Positions 24,047 to 33,735 of a stretch of 64,000 bases of DNA are shown piece after piece; within the stretch, counting starts at the first letter, position 1, and the number at the start of each line of letters is the position of its first letter. Source of the stretch: an uncultured Acidimicrobiales bacterium (GTDB lineage: Bacteria > Actinomycetota > Acidimicrobiia > Acidimicrobiales > VFJN01); NCBI GenBank assembly GCA_963842015.1, contig CAWJFG010000021.1, positions 253,284 through 317,283 of the forward strand, in the 5' to 3' direction. Position numbers and translations under genes: made by a program. Below the pieces are notes generated by a model. That model ran no database searches. It saw nothing but the letters and a program-made list of their open reading frames with translations, and was not told the origin of the DNA.

Positions 24047-24883
24047 TCAGGGGAGCTCGTCGATCGGCCCGGGTGGCCCCGTGCGCACGTACCACTCCCA
24101 CCCGTAGACCTCGGCGAAGTGGTGGGCGGGGAGCTGCAGGGCCGAGGTCGACTCGGGGATCTGGCTGGCGTGGGCGCCCATCGCCTCCCGCTTGACGTCG
24201 AGCACGGCGCGCACGTCGACCGTGGCGCCGATCTCGACCGACGCCACCCCGATGTGCGAGCGGACGAGTCCCAGGTCGCCGGCGAGGATCGCCTCCTCCA
24301 CCAGGTGGGTCTCGACGAAGTGCAGGTACTCGCGGTCGACCGTCGCCTCGTAGACGGTGGTCACGCCGGCAGACGTGGCGGCGCGGCGTCCAACGCGATG
24401 GACCTGCACGTGGTCGGGGTGCCCGTAGATCCCCTCGGCGTCGTAGACGACGACGGCGGCCGGATCCTCCTCCGCGAGCACCGCCCCCAGGCGGCCCGCA
24501 GCCTCGGCCTCGTCGGCCGACCAGAACGATCCGTCGGCGTGGTTGGCGGGGTCGCCCGCCATGCCCGAGTCGTGGTAGCCGAGCCAGGCCACGCGGGCGA
24601 CGCCCAGGAGGGCGGCCGCCGTGTCCGTCTCTGCGGTCCGCCGGGCCGCCAGCGCCGCCGCCGCCCGGCCCCGGACACCCCTGGCGACGCCGTCAGGGAC
24701 GAGCCCGAGCTCGCCGCCCGTGGCGACGACGAGCACGACCCGGTGACCGGCCGACGCGAGCCGCCGCATCGTCCCGCCCGTGAAGATCGCCTCGTCGTCG
24801 GGATGGGCGTGCACGAAGACGACGGTCTGTCCCGGACGGCTCACCGCCCCCAGTCTGGTCGCGCCCCCGGCGCGGTCGCGCAC
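24047..24883 (-). CDS. PIG-L family deacetylase (LmbE/MshB-like)
   Basis: VVFVHAHPDDEAIFTGG and HPDHVQVH motifs. Confidence 0.85.
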   Translation of the reverse strand: MRDRAGGATRLGAVSRPGQTVVFVHAHPDDEAIFTGGTMRRLASAGHRVVLVVATGGELGLVPDGVARGVRGRAAAALAARRTAETDTAAALLGVARVAWLGYHDSGMAGDPANHADGSFWSADEAEAAGRLGAVLAEEDPAAVVVYDAEGIYGHPDHVQVHRVGRRAATSAGVTTVYEATVDREYLHFVETHLVEEAILAGDLGLVRSHIGVASVEIGATVDVRAVLDVKREAMGAHASQIPESTSALQLPAHHFAEVYGWEWYVRTGPPGPIDELP

Positions 24884-24985
24884 CGGCGAGGGGCGGTCGC
24901 CCGGCCATGCCTACCGCACCTCTGGGGTGCGGCTGCCGGTCAGGGCTTGGGGCCCGGCCGGGCGACCGCGAACCTGGGTCGGCGC

Positions 24986-25444
24986 TCAGACGTGGAGCGC
25001 CACCGATCGGCCGAGCGCCGATTCGAGCGAATCGGCCGCGGCCACGACGAGCTGGTGCGAGACGTCGGCCAGGGCGCGGGCCACCGCCAGCTCCTCGCCC
25101 ACGACCGGCATCTCGGGGTCGGCCGGGTGCCGGCGGGCGCGGCCCCAGCCGGAGAACTCGCGGCCCCGCACGTGGAGGCGGGCCACGGCCTCGCAGTGGT
25201 GGGAGTCCTCGGCCACGCTGACGTCGACGTGCATGGTCGCCCTCTCGAGCGGCGGCGCGTCGCCCGCCTCGATGTACGTGTCGGGCCCAGGTGCCAGCAC
25301 GGTCTCGTGGGCCGTGTCGTCCCACCGCACGCGCAGGCGCGGCCCGCTGGCGCCCTGCAGGATCTCGACGACCTCGCCGCGCCGGCGGCCCTGGCCGACC
25401 CTGGCGCCTTCGACCACGAGGTGGTCGCCGACATGCGCTTCCAT
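24986..25444 (-). CDS. DUF1918 plus DUF1876 two-domain protein
   Basis: ATG at 25444 with a GGAGGTG RBS. The N-terminus is GDHLVVEGARVGQGRRRGEVVEILQG..RLRVRWDD. The C-terminus is MHVDVSVAEDSHHCEAVARLHVRGREFSGWGRARRHPADPEMPVVGEELA. Confidence 0.75.
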   Translation of the reverse strand: MEAHVGDHLVVEGARVGQGRRRGEVVEILQGASGPRLRVRWDDTAHETVLAPGPDTYIEAGDAPPLERATMHVDVSVAEDSHHCEAVARLHVRGREFSGWGRARRHPADPEMPVVGEELAVARALADVSHQLVVAAADSLESALGRSVALHV

Positions 25445-25561
25445 GGTCACCTCCTGCGACAGATGGGAGGTCCGCGGTGCCCGTTGCCACGCGAGCGTAG
25501 GGCGCGCCCGGCGGGTTCCGAAAGGGGCAGGCCGTGTCGCGACGGGTACGGTCCGTCGGCG

Positions 25562-26536
25562 ATGGCCTCGGCCCCCTCCGCCCCCCGGCCCGTCGCCCTC
25601 GTCGGCACGACGGCGTCGGGGAAGTCGGCGCTCGCCCTGGCCCTGGCCCGGCGCGACGCGGTCGTGGAGATCGTGTCGGTCGACTCGATGCAGGTCTACC
25701 GGGGCATGGACATCGGGACCGCCAAGCCGACCCCCGCCGAGCGGGCCGAGGTCCGGCACCACCTGCTCGACATCGCCGACCCGTGGGACGAGTTCACGGT
25801 GACCTCGTTCGCCGCCGAGGCCCGGGCGGCCGTCGACGACATCGCCTCACGGGGTCGGCGGGCGCTGCTCGTCGGCGGCACGGGGCTGTACCTGCAGGCC
25901 ATCGTGGACGACCTGCAGGTGCCGGGTCGGTTCCCCGACGTGCGCGCGACCCTCGACGCCGAGCCCGACACCGTCGCCCTGCATCGGCGGCTCGCCGCCC
26001 TCGACCCCACCGCCGCCGGGCGGATGGAACCGACCAACCGCCGCCGGGTCGTCCGGGCACTGGAGGTGACGCTGGGCAGCGGCCGTCGGTTCTCCTCCTT
26101 CGGGCCCGGCCTCGGGGCGTACCCGCCGAGCCCGTTCCACCTGGTCGGCGTGCGCCTGCCGCACGACGTCGTCGCCGCCCGCATCTCCGCTCGCTACGAG
26201 CAGCAGATGGCGGCCGGCTTCCTGGCCGAGGTCGAGCGGCTGCTGGCCGATCCCCGGGGCCTGTCGCGCACGGCCCGGCAGGCGCTCGGGTACCGCGAGC
26301 TGGCGGCGCACGTCACCGACGGCGTGCCACTCGCCGAAGCACTCGATCTGGCAGTCCGGCGGACGCGACGGTTCGCCCGGCGCCAGGCATCGTGGTTCCG
26401 CCGCGATCCCCGGATCCGCTGGCTGGACGCGGCTGCCGACCCGTCGACGCTGCTGGGCGCCCTCGAGGGCGAGGTGGCGGCCGCGGGCGACGGAGGGGAA
26501 ACGGGCACGCACGCCGCCCGCCGTCGGGCAGACTGA
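25562..26536 (+). CDS. miaA: tRNA dimethylallyltransferase
   Basis: VALVGTTASGKSALALALA P-loop, SVDSMQVYRGMDIGTAKP and LVGGTGLYLQA. This is the last part of the long ORF 24119..26536. Confidence 0.9.
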   Translation: MASAPSAPRPVALVGTTASGKSALALALARRDAVVEIVSVDSMQVYRGMDIGTAKPTPAERAEVRHHLLDIADPWDEFTVTSFAAEARAAVDDIASRGRRALLVGGTGLYLQAIVDDLQVPGRFPDVRATLDAEPDTVALHRRLAALDPTAAGRMEPTNRRRVVRALEVTLGSGRRFSSFGPGLGAYPPSPFHLVGVRLPHDVVAARISARYEQQMAAGFLAEVERLLADPRGLSRTARQALGYRELAAHVTDGVPLAEALDLAVRRTRRFARRQASWFRRDPRIRWLDAAADPSTLLGALEGEVAAAGDGGETGTHAARRRAD

Positions 26537-26544
26537 ACCCCGAC

Positions 26545-27378
26545 ATGCGTCTGACCAAGCACCACGGCCTGGGCAACGACTTCCTCGTCCTGCTCGACCC
26601 CGACGCCTCCCACCCCCTCGATGCCGAGATGGCGCGCGCCCTGTGCGAGCGGCACACGGGCATCGGCGCCGACGGCGTGATCCGGGCCACCCCGGCGGCG
26701 GCGGGCGAGGGCGCGCCGACGCGGATGGAGCTGCGCAACGCCGACGGCTCCCGGGCCGAGATGAGCGGCAACGGCATCCGGTGCCTGGCCCAGGCGCTCC
26801 TGCTCGCCGATGCCGGGCTCGGCCCCACCATCCCCATCGCCACCGACGCCGGGTTGCGCACGGTCACCGTCCACGGCCAGGTCGACGCCGTGACCCACAG
26901 CCTGTCCGTGGCGATGGGCGCCGCCCGAGTCGAGGGGGAGGCCCCCGAGTGGGAAGGCGGCGCGGTCGGCCGCACGCTGCTCGTCGACATGGGCAACCCG
27001 CACCTGGTGCTCGACGTGTCAGCCGCCGGTCCGGGGGCGCTCGACGCCGTCGACCTCGTCGAGCTGGGCGACACGGTCAACGGCAAGGTGCCGGGGGGCG
27101 CCAACGTGCACCTGCTCACCGTGGCCGACGAGCCCGGAGCCGTCGCGATCCGCACCTATGAGCGCGGGGTCGGGCCCACGCTGGCCTGCGGCACCGGGGC
27201 GTGCGCGGCCGCGGCCGCCGCCCGGGTCTGGGGCCTGGCCGGCGACCGGGTGCCGGTCGCCCAGCCGGGCGGCACCGCCGAGGTCACACTCGGGACGGGC
27301 CCCGGCGACGACGTCGTCCTGCGGGGGCCGGCCACCTACGTGGGCGAGATCATCCTCGGAGCGACGCCGTGGCGCTGA
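26545..27378 (+). CDS. dapF: Diaminopimelate epimerase
   Basis: MRLTKHHGLGNDFLVLLD is present, with the two catalytic Cys contexts SGNGIRC and ACGTGACAAA. Confidence 0.9.
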   Translation: MRLTKHHGLGNDFLVLLDPDASHPLDAEMARALCERHTGIGADGVIRATPAAAGEGAPTRMELRNADGSRAEMSGNGIRCLAQALLLADAGLGPTIPIATDAGLRTVTVHGQVDAVTHSLSVAMGAARVEGEAPEWEGGAVGRTLLVDMGNPHLVLDVSAAGPGALDAVDLVELGDTVNGKVPGGANVHLLTVADEPGAVAIRTYERGVGPTLACGTGACAAAAAARVWGLAGDRVPVAQPGGTAEVTLGTGPGDDVVLRGPATYVGEIILGATPWR

Positions 27379-28655
27379 TCGAACGGTCCTTCCGCGAGAA
27401 GATCGTGCTGGTCGGCGTCACCATCCCTCCCGAGACGGTCGAAGGCACCGAGCAGTCGGTCGACGAGCTGGCCCTGCTGGTCGACACCGCCGGCGCCGAC
27501 GAGGTCGGACGGGTGTACCAGCGCCGGCAGTCCCCCGATCCGCCCACCTACGTGGGCAAGGGCAAGGCCGAGGAGCTGCGCGAGGTGGCGCTCGCCACCG
27601 ACTGCGACACGGTCGTGTTCGACAACGAGCTCACGCCCGCCCAGCAGTTCAACCTCGAGAAGATGCTCGGTCGCACCGCCATCGACCGCACGGCCGTGAT
27701 CCTCGACATCTTCGCTCAGAACGCCCACAGCCAGGAGGGCAAGGCCCAGGTCGAGCTGGCCCAGCTGCGCTACCGGCTGCCGCGGCTGCGGCGCCGGGCC
27801 GGCGCGCTGTCACAGCAGGCCGGCGGCATGTCGGCCGCCGGCGGGGCCCGCATCGGCACCCGGGGCCCGGGCGAGACGCAGCTCGAGGTCGACCGGCGGC
27901 GCATCGTGCGCCGCATCCACAAGCTCGAGGGCGACCTGCGCGAGATCGACCGCCACCGCTCGACCCAGCGGCGGGCGCAACGCCGGGGCCAGCTGGCCAA
28001 GGTCGTCATCGTCGGGTACACGAACGCCGGGAAGTCGACGCTGCTCAACCGCATGACCGACGCCGGGGTGCTGGTCGAGGACCGCCTGTTCGCCACGCTC
28101 GACGCCACCACCCGCCGGCTCGAGCTGCCGGGCGGCGAGGCCGTGCTGCTCACCGACACCGTCGGCTTCATCCGCAAGCTGCCCCACCAGCTCGTCGAGG
28201 CGTTCCGGTCGACGCTCGACGTGGCGGTCGACGCCGACCTCCTGGTGCACGTGGTCGACGCCAGCGCTCCCGACGTCGGCGGCAACATGCGGGCCGTCCG
28301 CGACGTCCTCGCCGAGATCGGCGCCGATCATGTCCCCGAGATGGTGGCGTTCAACAAGTCCGACCTGGCGCCCGACGAGGCCGAGCGGCTGCGGACCACC
28401 CACGAGGGGTCGGTGGCGGTCAGCGCCGTGACCGGCGAGGGCATCGACCGGCTGGTGGCCACGATCGGCGACCGGCTCCGCTCGCTGACGACCGTGGTCG
28501 AGCTCGTGATCCCCTTCGACCGCGGCGATCTGATGGCCGCCGTCCACCGGGCCGGTGAGGTGCTCGAGGAGGAGGCCGGCGAGGGCGGCATGCGCCTGCG
28601 CGGCCGCTTCGACGACGCCTCGGTCGGCCGCTTCCGCGAGTACGTGGTCGGCTGA
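27369..28655 (+). CDS. hflX: GTPase HflX
   Basis: HflX N-domain (LTPAQQFNLEKMLGRTAIDRTAVILDIFAQNA), RGPGETQLEVDRR, G1 GYTNAGKSTLLN and DTVGF. GTG 27369 overlaps the dapF end. Confidence 0.9.
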   Translation: MALIERSFREKIVLVGVTIPPETVEGTEQSVDELALLVDTAGADEVGRVYQRRQSPDPPTYVGKGKAEELREVALATDCDTVVFDNELTPAQQFNLEKMLGRTAIDRTAVILDIFAQNAHSQEGKAQVELAQLRYRLPRLRRRAGALSQQAGGMSAAGGARIGTRGPGETQLEVDRRRIVRRIHKLEGDLREIDRHRSTQRRAQRRGQLAKVVIVGYTNAGKSTLLNRMTDAGVLVEDRLFATLDATTRRLELPGGEAVLLTDTVGFIRKLPHQLVEAFRSTLDVAVDADLLVHVVDASAPDVGGNMRAVRDVLAEIGADHVPEMVAFNKSDLAPDEAERLRTTHEGSVAVSAVTGEGIDRLVATIGDRLRSLTTVVELVIPFDRGDLMAAVHRAGEVLEEEAGEGGMRLRGRFDDASVGRFREYVVG

Positions 28656-28656
28656 C

Positions 28657-29757
28657 GTGGGCGCACCCCGCGGCTTCGAGCCGCCGCCGTATCCGTACGA
28701 CCGCCTCGACGTGCTCTACAAGGAGGCCGAGAAGGTCGCCGGTGGTGTCGTCGACCTGTCCATCGGCACCCCGTACGACCCGCCGCCGGCGGTCGTCGTC
28801 GAGGCGCTCGGGTCGTCGGGCGCCGAGCGCGGCTACCCGCCGTCGGTCGGCACCGCAGCGTTTCGCGAGGCGGCTGCGGGCTGGCTCGACCGACGCTTCG
28901 GCGCCGCCGTCGATCCACAGCACCTGGCCGCCTGCATGGGCACGAAGGAGTTCGTGGCCGGCGTCCCCCACTGGCTGCGCCTCCGCTCGCCCGAGCGCGA
29001 CACCGTGCTGTACCCACGGATCAGCTACCCGTCCTACGCCATGGGGGCCACTCTGGCGGGGTGCCGGGCCGTGCCCTACGCCACGCTCGCCGACATCGAC
29101 CCCGGTGACGCGGCGCGGGCGCTGTGCGTCTGGGTGAACTCTCCGGCCAACCCGACCGGCGAGCTCGACGACCTCGCCGCCGCTGCGGCGTGGGGCCGGT
29201 CGCACGACGTCCCGGTCCTGTCCGACGAGTGCTACATCGAGTTCACCTGGCGCGGACCCGGTCGCACGATCGTGGCCGAGGGCCTCGACGGCGTGCTGGC
29301 GGTCCATTCGCTCTCGAAGCGCTCCAACCTCGCGGGCGCCCGGGCCGGCTTCTACGCCGGCGACCCCGACCTCGTCCACTACCTGTCCGAGGTGCGCAAG
29401 CACGCCGGGTTCATGGTGCCGGGGCCCGTGCAGGCCGCGGCGGTGGCCGCCTTCGGCGACGACGCTCACGTGGACGACCAGCGGGCCCGCTACCAGCGCC
29501 GCCTCGCTCTCATGGTCGACGCCCTCGCCGCGGCCGGGGTCGACTGCCCGCCGCCCGACGGGGCGTTCTACCTGTGGGCGCCCGCACCGGGCGGCGACGC
29601 CTGGGCGCTGGCCCACCGGCTCGCGGCCGAGGGCGGGGCCATCGTGGCGCCCGGCGAGCTGTACGGCGAGGCCGGCGCCGGTCACGTGCGCATCGCCGTC
29701 GTGCAGCCCGACGACAAGATCGCCCTCGTCGCGCAGCGACTCGCCGGGTCGCAGTGA
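28657..29757 (+). CDS. dapC: Succinyldiaminopimelate aminotransferase (class I aminotransferase)
   Basis: PYPYDRLD start, YPPSVGT and the PLP-Lys context SLSKRSNLAGARAG. It sits in a dap gene neighbourhood. Confidence 0.8.
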   Translation: MGAPRGFEPPPYPYDRLDVLYKEAEKVAGGVVDLSIGTPYDPPPAVVVEALGSSGAERGYPPSVGTAAFREAAAGWLDRRFGAAVDPQHLAACMGTKEFVAGVPHWLRLRSPERDTVLYPRISYPSYAMGATLAGCRAVPYATLADIDPGDAARALCVWVNSPANPTGELDDLAAAAAWGRSHDVPVLSDECYIEFTWRGPGRTIVAEGLDGVLAVHSLSKRSNLAGARAGFYAGDPDLVHYLSEVRKHAGFMVPGPVQAAAVAAFGDDAHVDDQRARYQRRLALMVDALAAAGVDCPPPDGAFYLWAPAPGGDAWALAHRLAAEGGAIVAPGELYGEAGAGHVRIAVVQPDDKIALVAQRLAGSQ

Positions 29758-29852
29758 CGAGCTGACCGCGATGTACCCATCGCCGACCGGCTCCGCCGCA
29801 CCGCCGGGCTGGCCCGCATCGACCGCCCCTGTCGCGGCACGCACGCCCGCCG

Positions 29853-30638
29853 GTGGGGCCATCGGGGTGGTGGTTCGCGGTCGCCGGACTGGTGGCTGCC
29901 CTCGGCGTGGCCGTCGGGGTGGCCGTGATCGTGGCCGGCGCCGTCGGCTTCGCCGACAAGGTCGAGGACTTCGATCGCGCCTTCATGCCCACGACCCTCG
30001 AGGTCGAGATCACCGATCCCGGCGGCTACTCGATCTACCACGAGTTCGACGGGATCTCGTCGGTCGAGCTCCGGGACGACCCGAACGTGGTGGTCACCGA
30101 TCCGTCCGGGCGTGACGTGCCCGTCCGGCCCTACAGCTCGTCGGTGAGCTACGCCGTGAGCGGCCACGACGGCGTCGGCGTGTACACGTTCCGGGCCGAC
30201 CAGCCCGGGACCTACGAGGTCGAGGCCTCGATGCCGTTCTCGGACACGAGCGGCGACGTGATCGCCGTGGGGCCCGGGCTCGGCACGGGCCTGGCGGTCG
30301 CCATCGTCGTGGGCATCGCCCTGATCGGTCTGGGTGTCGTCGCGGGCATCGTCATCGCCATCGTGGTCGGGGTGATGCGGGGGCGCCGCCGTCGTGCGGC
30401 GATGCCTCCGCCGGTCATCGGGTGGGGTCCGCCGGCCGGCCAGTGGGGGCCGCCCGCCTGGCCGGCGGCGCCCGCAGCACCCGGGTGGGCGCCCGGAGCT
30501 CCCACCTCCTCGACCCCGGGAGCCTGGTCGTACCCGGCGCCACCGCCGCCTCCCGGTCCACCCGTGGACGCCCCCGGGCGCGACGCCCCACCGGGCGACG
30601 CGTCGCCGCCCGACGCCACGTGGGGCGACCGCGCCTGA
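29853..30638 (+). CDS. Membrane protein with two TM segments and a Pro/Trp/Gly-rich tail
   Basis: TM WWFAVAGLVAALGVAVGVAVIVAG, a beta-rich middle and a second TM, then the tail PPPVIGWGPPAGQWGPPAWPAAPAAPGWAPGAP. The N-terminus may extend to ATG 29771 through a +1 break near 29851-29857. Confidence 0.6.
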   Translation: MGPSGWWFAVAGLVAALGVAVGVAVIVAGAVGFADKVEDFDRAFMPTTLEVEITDPGGYSIYHEFDGISSVELRDDPNVVVTDPSGRDVPVRPYSSSVSYAVSGHDGVGVYTFRADQPGTYEVEASMPFSDTSGDVIAVGPGLGTGLAVAIVVGIALIGLGVVAGIVIAIVVGVMRGRRRRAAMPPPVIGWGPPAGQWGPPAWPAAPAAPGWAPGAPTSSTPGAWSYPAPPPPPGPPVDAPGRDAPPGDASPPDATWGDRA

Positions 30639-30644
30639 GGACGG

Positions 30645-31685
30645 TCAGTCGTTGCTGTGCAGGGCGGCGTTGAGCTCGACCTGGCCGCCGGCACGGTTGA
30701 GCGCCTCCACGGCGCCGCTCGTGCTGTTGCGCCGGAACAGCAGCCCGTCGGCGCCGCTGAGCTCGGCCGCCTTCACCACGGTGCCGTCGGGGAGGGTGAC
30801 ACGTGTCCCGGCGGTGACGTAGAGGCCCGCCTCGACCACGCAGTCGTCACCGAGTGAGATGCCGATGCCGGCGTTCGCGCCGATGAGGCACCGCTTGCCG
30901 ACGCGGATCACCTCCTTGCCCCCGCCCGACAGCGTGCCCATGATCGACGCGCCGCCCCCGACGTCCGACCCGTCGTCGACGATGACCGCCGCGCTGATGC
31001 GGCCCTCGATCATCGCCGTGCCGAGGGTGCCGGCGTTGAAGTTCACGTAGCCCTCGTGCATGACCGTCGTGCCCTCGGCCAGGTGCGCCCCCAGCCGGAC
31101 GCGGTCGGCGTCCGCGATGCGCACGCCCGTCGGCACCACGTAGTCGGTCATCCGGGGGAACTTGTCGAGGCCGAAGACCTGCACCGGGGCTCCCGAGGCC
31201 CGGAGCGCCAGCCGGGTGCGCTCGAACCCGTCGGGCGAGCACGGCCCCGCGCTGGTCCACACCACGTTGTTGAGCACGCCGAAGAGGCCGTCGAGGTTCA
31301 TGGCCCGGGGGCGGACGAGCCGGTGCGACAGCAGGTGGAGGCGCAGGTACGCGTCGTGCGCGTCCACCGGCGGGTCGGCGAGCGAGGCGATGCCGGTCAC
31401 CACGGCCACGCGGTCGACGCCCCGCGCCTCGTCGGGACCGCAGAGCCGGTCGACGTCGACACCGAGCTGGGCCGATGCCGCCGCGGCATCGAGGCGGGCG
31501 GTGCCCGGGGCCCCGCCGTCGCCGAGGGCGGCTCCGCCCGCGTCGGAGACCGCCCGGTCGACGTCGCCGGCGCCGCCGTCCACGAGGGCGGGGGAGGGGT
31601 ACCAGGTGTCGAGGACCAGGCCATCGCCGGTCACGGTGGCCAGGCCGACGCCCCAGGCGCCGGCGTTCGTCGAGGAGTCAGTCAC
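30645..31685 (-). CDS. dapD: 2,3,4,5-tetrahydropyridine-2,6-dicarboxylate N-succinyltransferase (long actinobacterial form)
   Basis: Left-handed beta-helix hexapeptide repeats are present ([38 protein letters not shown]...). GTG start at 31685. Confidence 0.85.
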   Translation of the reverse strand: MTDSSTNAGAWGVGLATVTGDGLVLDTWYPSPALVDGGAGDVDRAVSDAGGAALGDGGAPGTARLDAAAASAQLGVDVDRLCGPDEARGVDRVAVVTGIASLADPPVDAHDAYLRLHLLSHRLVRPRAMNLDGLFGVLNNVVWTSAGPCSPDGFERTRLALRASGAPVQVFGLDKFPRMTDYVVPTGVRIADADRVRLGAHLAEGTTVMHEGYVNFNAGTLGTAMIEGRISAAVIVDDGSDVGGGASIMGTLSGGGKEVIRVGKRCLIGANAGIGISLGDDCVVEAGLYVTAGTRVTLPDGTVVKAAELSGADGLLFRRNSTSGAVEALNRAGGQVELNAALHSND

Positions 31686-31786
31686 GGCCGAACACGGTAT
31701 TCGGGCGCCGTCCCGACCGGCGACACAGATGTCGCGCCCGTCGACCCCGCCTGACCGCACCTGGCACGGCACTAGCCTCGATCGCC

Positions 31787-32851
31787 GTGACCGACCTGAT
31801 CGAGGCGACCGCCGCCCTCGTCGCCGTGCCGTCCGAGAGCCATCACGAGGGTGCGCTGGCCGACCTCGTCGAGCAGCGGCTCGGGGCCGCTGCCCACCTG
31901 CGCGTCGACCGGGTCGGCGACAACGTGGTGGCCCGCACCGACCTCGGGCGTGAGCAGCGACTCGTCGTCGCCGGCCACCTCGACACCGTGCCCGCCGACG
32001 GCAACGGCAGCCCCCGCGTCGACGGTGACGTCCTGTGGGGCCTGGGGTCCGCGGACATGAAGGGCGGCCTCGCCGTCATGATCGAGCTCGCCACCACGAT
32101 CGCCGAGCCCGCGGTCGACGTCACGTGGGTGTTCTACGCGGGCGAAGAGGTGGCGGCGGAGCACAACGGCCTCCGCGCCCTGCTGGCAGAGCGGCCCGAC
32201 CTCGTCGACGGCGACGCGGCCCTGCTGGGCGAGCCCACCGACGGCGTGCTCGAGGTCGGGTGCCAGGGCTCGATGCGCCTCGAGGTGACGCTGCGCGGGG
32301 CGCGGGCCCACACCGCCCGCCCGTGGATGGGCCGCAACGCCCTGCACCGGGCCGGCCACCTGCTGGCGGCGCTCGACGCCTACGAGGGCCGCCGCCCGGT
32401 GCTCGACGGCTGCGAGTACCGCGAGGCCCTCCAGGCGGTGTTCGTCCGTGGTGGCGTGGCGGGCAACGTCGTGCCCGACCTCGCCGTCGTGACGGTGAAC
32501 CATCGGTTCGCTCCCGATCGCACGCCGGCCGAGGCCCGTGCGCACGTCGAGCAGGTCATCGCACCGCACCTCGAGCCGGGCGACGACGTCGAGCTGGTCG
32601 ACGTGGCCGACGCGGCCCCGCCGGGGTTGGGCCACCCGCTGCTGGCTGCGCTGCGGGCGCGCAACGACCTCGACGTGCGGGCCAAGCTGGGTTGGACCGA
32701 CGTCAGCCGGTTCGCAGCGGCCGGCATCCCGGCCGCGAACTTCGGCCCCGGCGACTCGGCGTTGGCGCACACACGCGACGAGCGTGTCGAACGCTCGTCG
32801 CTCGAGGTCGTCCGCGACGCGCTGGGCGACCTGCTGCGCCGCGGGGCCTGA
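31787..32851 (+). CDS. dapE: Succinyl-diaminopimelate desuccinylase (M20 peptidase)
   Basis: [17 protein letters not shown] and YAGEE metal-site motifs. GTG 31787 lies inside ORF 31475..32851. Confidence 0.85.
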   Translation: MTDLIEATAALVAVPSESHHEGALADLVEQRLGAAAHLRVDRVGDNVVARTDLGREQRLVVAGHLDTVPADGNGSPRVDGDVLWGLGSADMKGGLAVMIELATTIAEPAVDVTWVFYAGEEVAAEHNGLRALLAERPDLVDGDAALLGEPTDGVLEVGCQGSMRLEVTLRGARAHTARPWMGRNALHRAGHLLAALDAYEGRRPVLDGCEYREALQAVFVRGGVAGNVVPDLAVVTVNHRFAPDRTPAEARAHVEQVIAPHLEPGDDVELVDVADAAPPGLGHPLLAALRARNDLDVRAKLGWTDVSRFAAAGIPAANFGPGDSALAHTRDERVERSSLEVVRDALGDLLRRGA

Positions 32852-32917
32852 CCTGCACGTGTGGGACCGGCGCCGTGGACCAGCGGCGCCGGTCCCCACG
32901 AGACCGGGCCGCGCCGT

Positions 32918-33553
32918 TCAGAGGCGACGCATCACCGTGACCACCCGTCCGAACACCTGGACCTCGGCGGGCGAGTAGACCATCGGACCGAGGCGCGGGT
33001 TCGCCGGTTGCAGGACGACCCGGCTGCCGTCGGTGGTGAAGGTCTTGACCGTGGCCTCGTCGCCGGGGATGCCCGCGACGACGATGTCGCCCTCGTCGGC
33101 GGTCGACTGCGAGCGGCACACGACGTAGTCGCCGTCGAGGATGCCCGCCTCGATCATCGAGTCACCGCGCACCCTGAGCATGAAGAGGTCGCCCTCGCCC
33201 GTGAAGTCGGCCGGGAGCGGCAGCACCTCCTCGACGTTCTCCTGGGCGAGGACGTCGGTGCCGGCGGCCACGTCGCCCACGAGCGGGACGTGGCGGACCG
33301 GGCGCCGGTCGACGACCGCGTCGGACGTCGGGTCCCACCGGACCTCGAGGGCGCGCGGCTTGGTCGGGTCGCGCCGGAGGTAGCCGCGCTTCTGCAGGGC
33401 GGCCAGGTGGGCGTGGACGGTGGAGGGCGAGGTGAGGCCGACGGCTTCGCCGATCTCGCGCACCGACGGCGGGTACCCCCGCTCGCGCATGTGCTGCTCG
33501 ATGATCTCGAGGACCTCACGTTGGCGGGCGGTGAGTGTCTGCTGCTGGGCCAT
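32918..33553 (-). CDS. lexA: LexA repressor
   Basis: MAQQQTLTARQREVLEIIEQHMRERGYPPSVREIGEAVGL wHTH, cleavage site VAAG, catalytic GDSM Ser and downstream Lys. Confidence 0.95.
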   Translation of the reverse strand: MAQQQTLTARQREVLEIIEQHMRERGYPPSVREIGEAVGLTSPSTVHAHLAALQKRGYLRRDPTKPRALEVRWDPTSDAVVDRRPVRHVPLVGDVAAGTDVLAQENVEEVLPLPADFTGEGDLFMLRVRGDSMIEAGILDGDYVVCRSQSTADEGDIVVAGIPGDEATVKTFTTDGSRVVLQPANPRLGPMVYSPAEVQVFGRVVTVMRRL

Positions 33554-33577
33554 GGTGCGCTCCTTCACGCAGAACGG

Positions 33578-33591
33578 CGAACGCACGTTCT
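33578..33591. promoter_or_regulatory. SOS box 1 in the lexA/lysM divergent region
   Basis: CGAACGCACGTTCT (GAAC-N4-GTTC), 25 nt upstream of the lexA ATG. Confidence 0.65.
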
Positions 33592-33654
33592 GGCGGGAAC
33601 GTACCATCGGCCCCTCGCGAAGACAAACACCCGTTCGGGGGAAACGGTTGACGG

Positions 33655-33668
33655 CGAACGCAGGTTCG
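33655..33668. promoter_or_regulatory. SOS box 2
   Basis: CGAACGCAGGTTCG (GAAC-N4-GTTC). Confidence 0.65.
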
Positions 33669-33682
33669 TGGTTTGGTGGCAG

Positions 33683-33698
33683 TCGAACGGGCGTTCGG
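33683..33698. promoter_or_regulatory. SOS box 3
   Basis: TCGAACGGGCGTTCGG (GAAC-N4-GTTC with TCGAAC extension). Confidence 0.65.
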
Positions 33699-33707
33699 CC
33701 CGCAAAG

Positions 33708-33729
33708 TGTCACACCCCCTCAGGAGACT
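33708..33729 (+). promoter_or_regulatory. RecA-NDp-like motif upstream of the LysM gene
   Basis: TGTCACAC-N8-GAGACT sits within the same 19-mer as at recA. The -10-like hexamer ends 6 nt before ATG 33736, so the transcript could be leaderless or nearly so. Confidence 0.4.
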
Positions 33730-33735
33730 GGGCCC

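Noticed and set aside
24119-26536. 805-aa ORF on the plus strand
   Set aside because: Only the last ~324 codons (from ATG 25562) are miaA. The upstream part is antisense to the PIG-L and DUF1918 genes.
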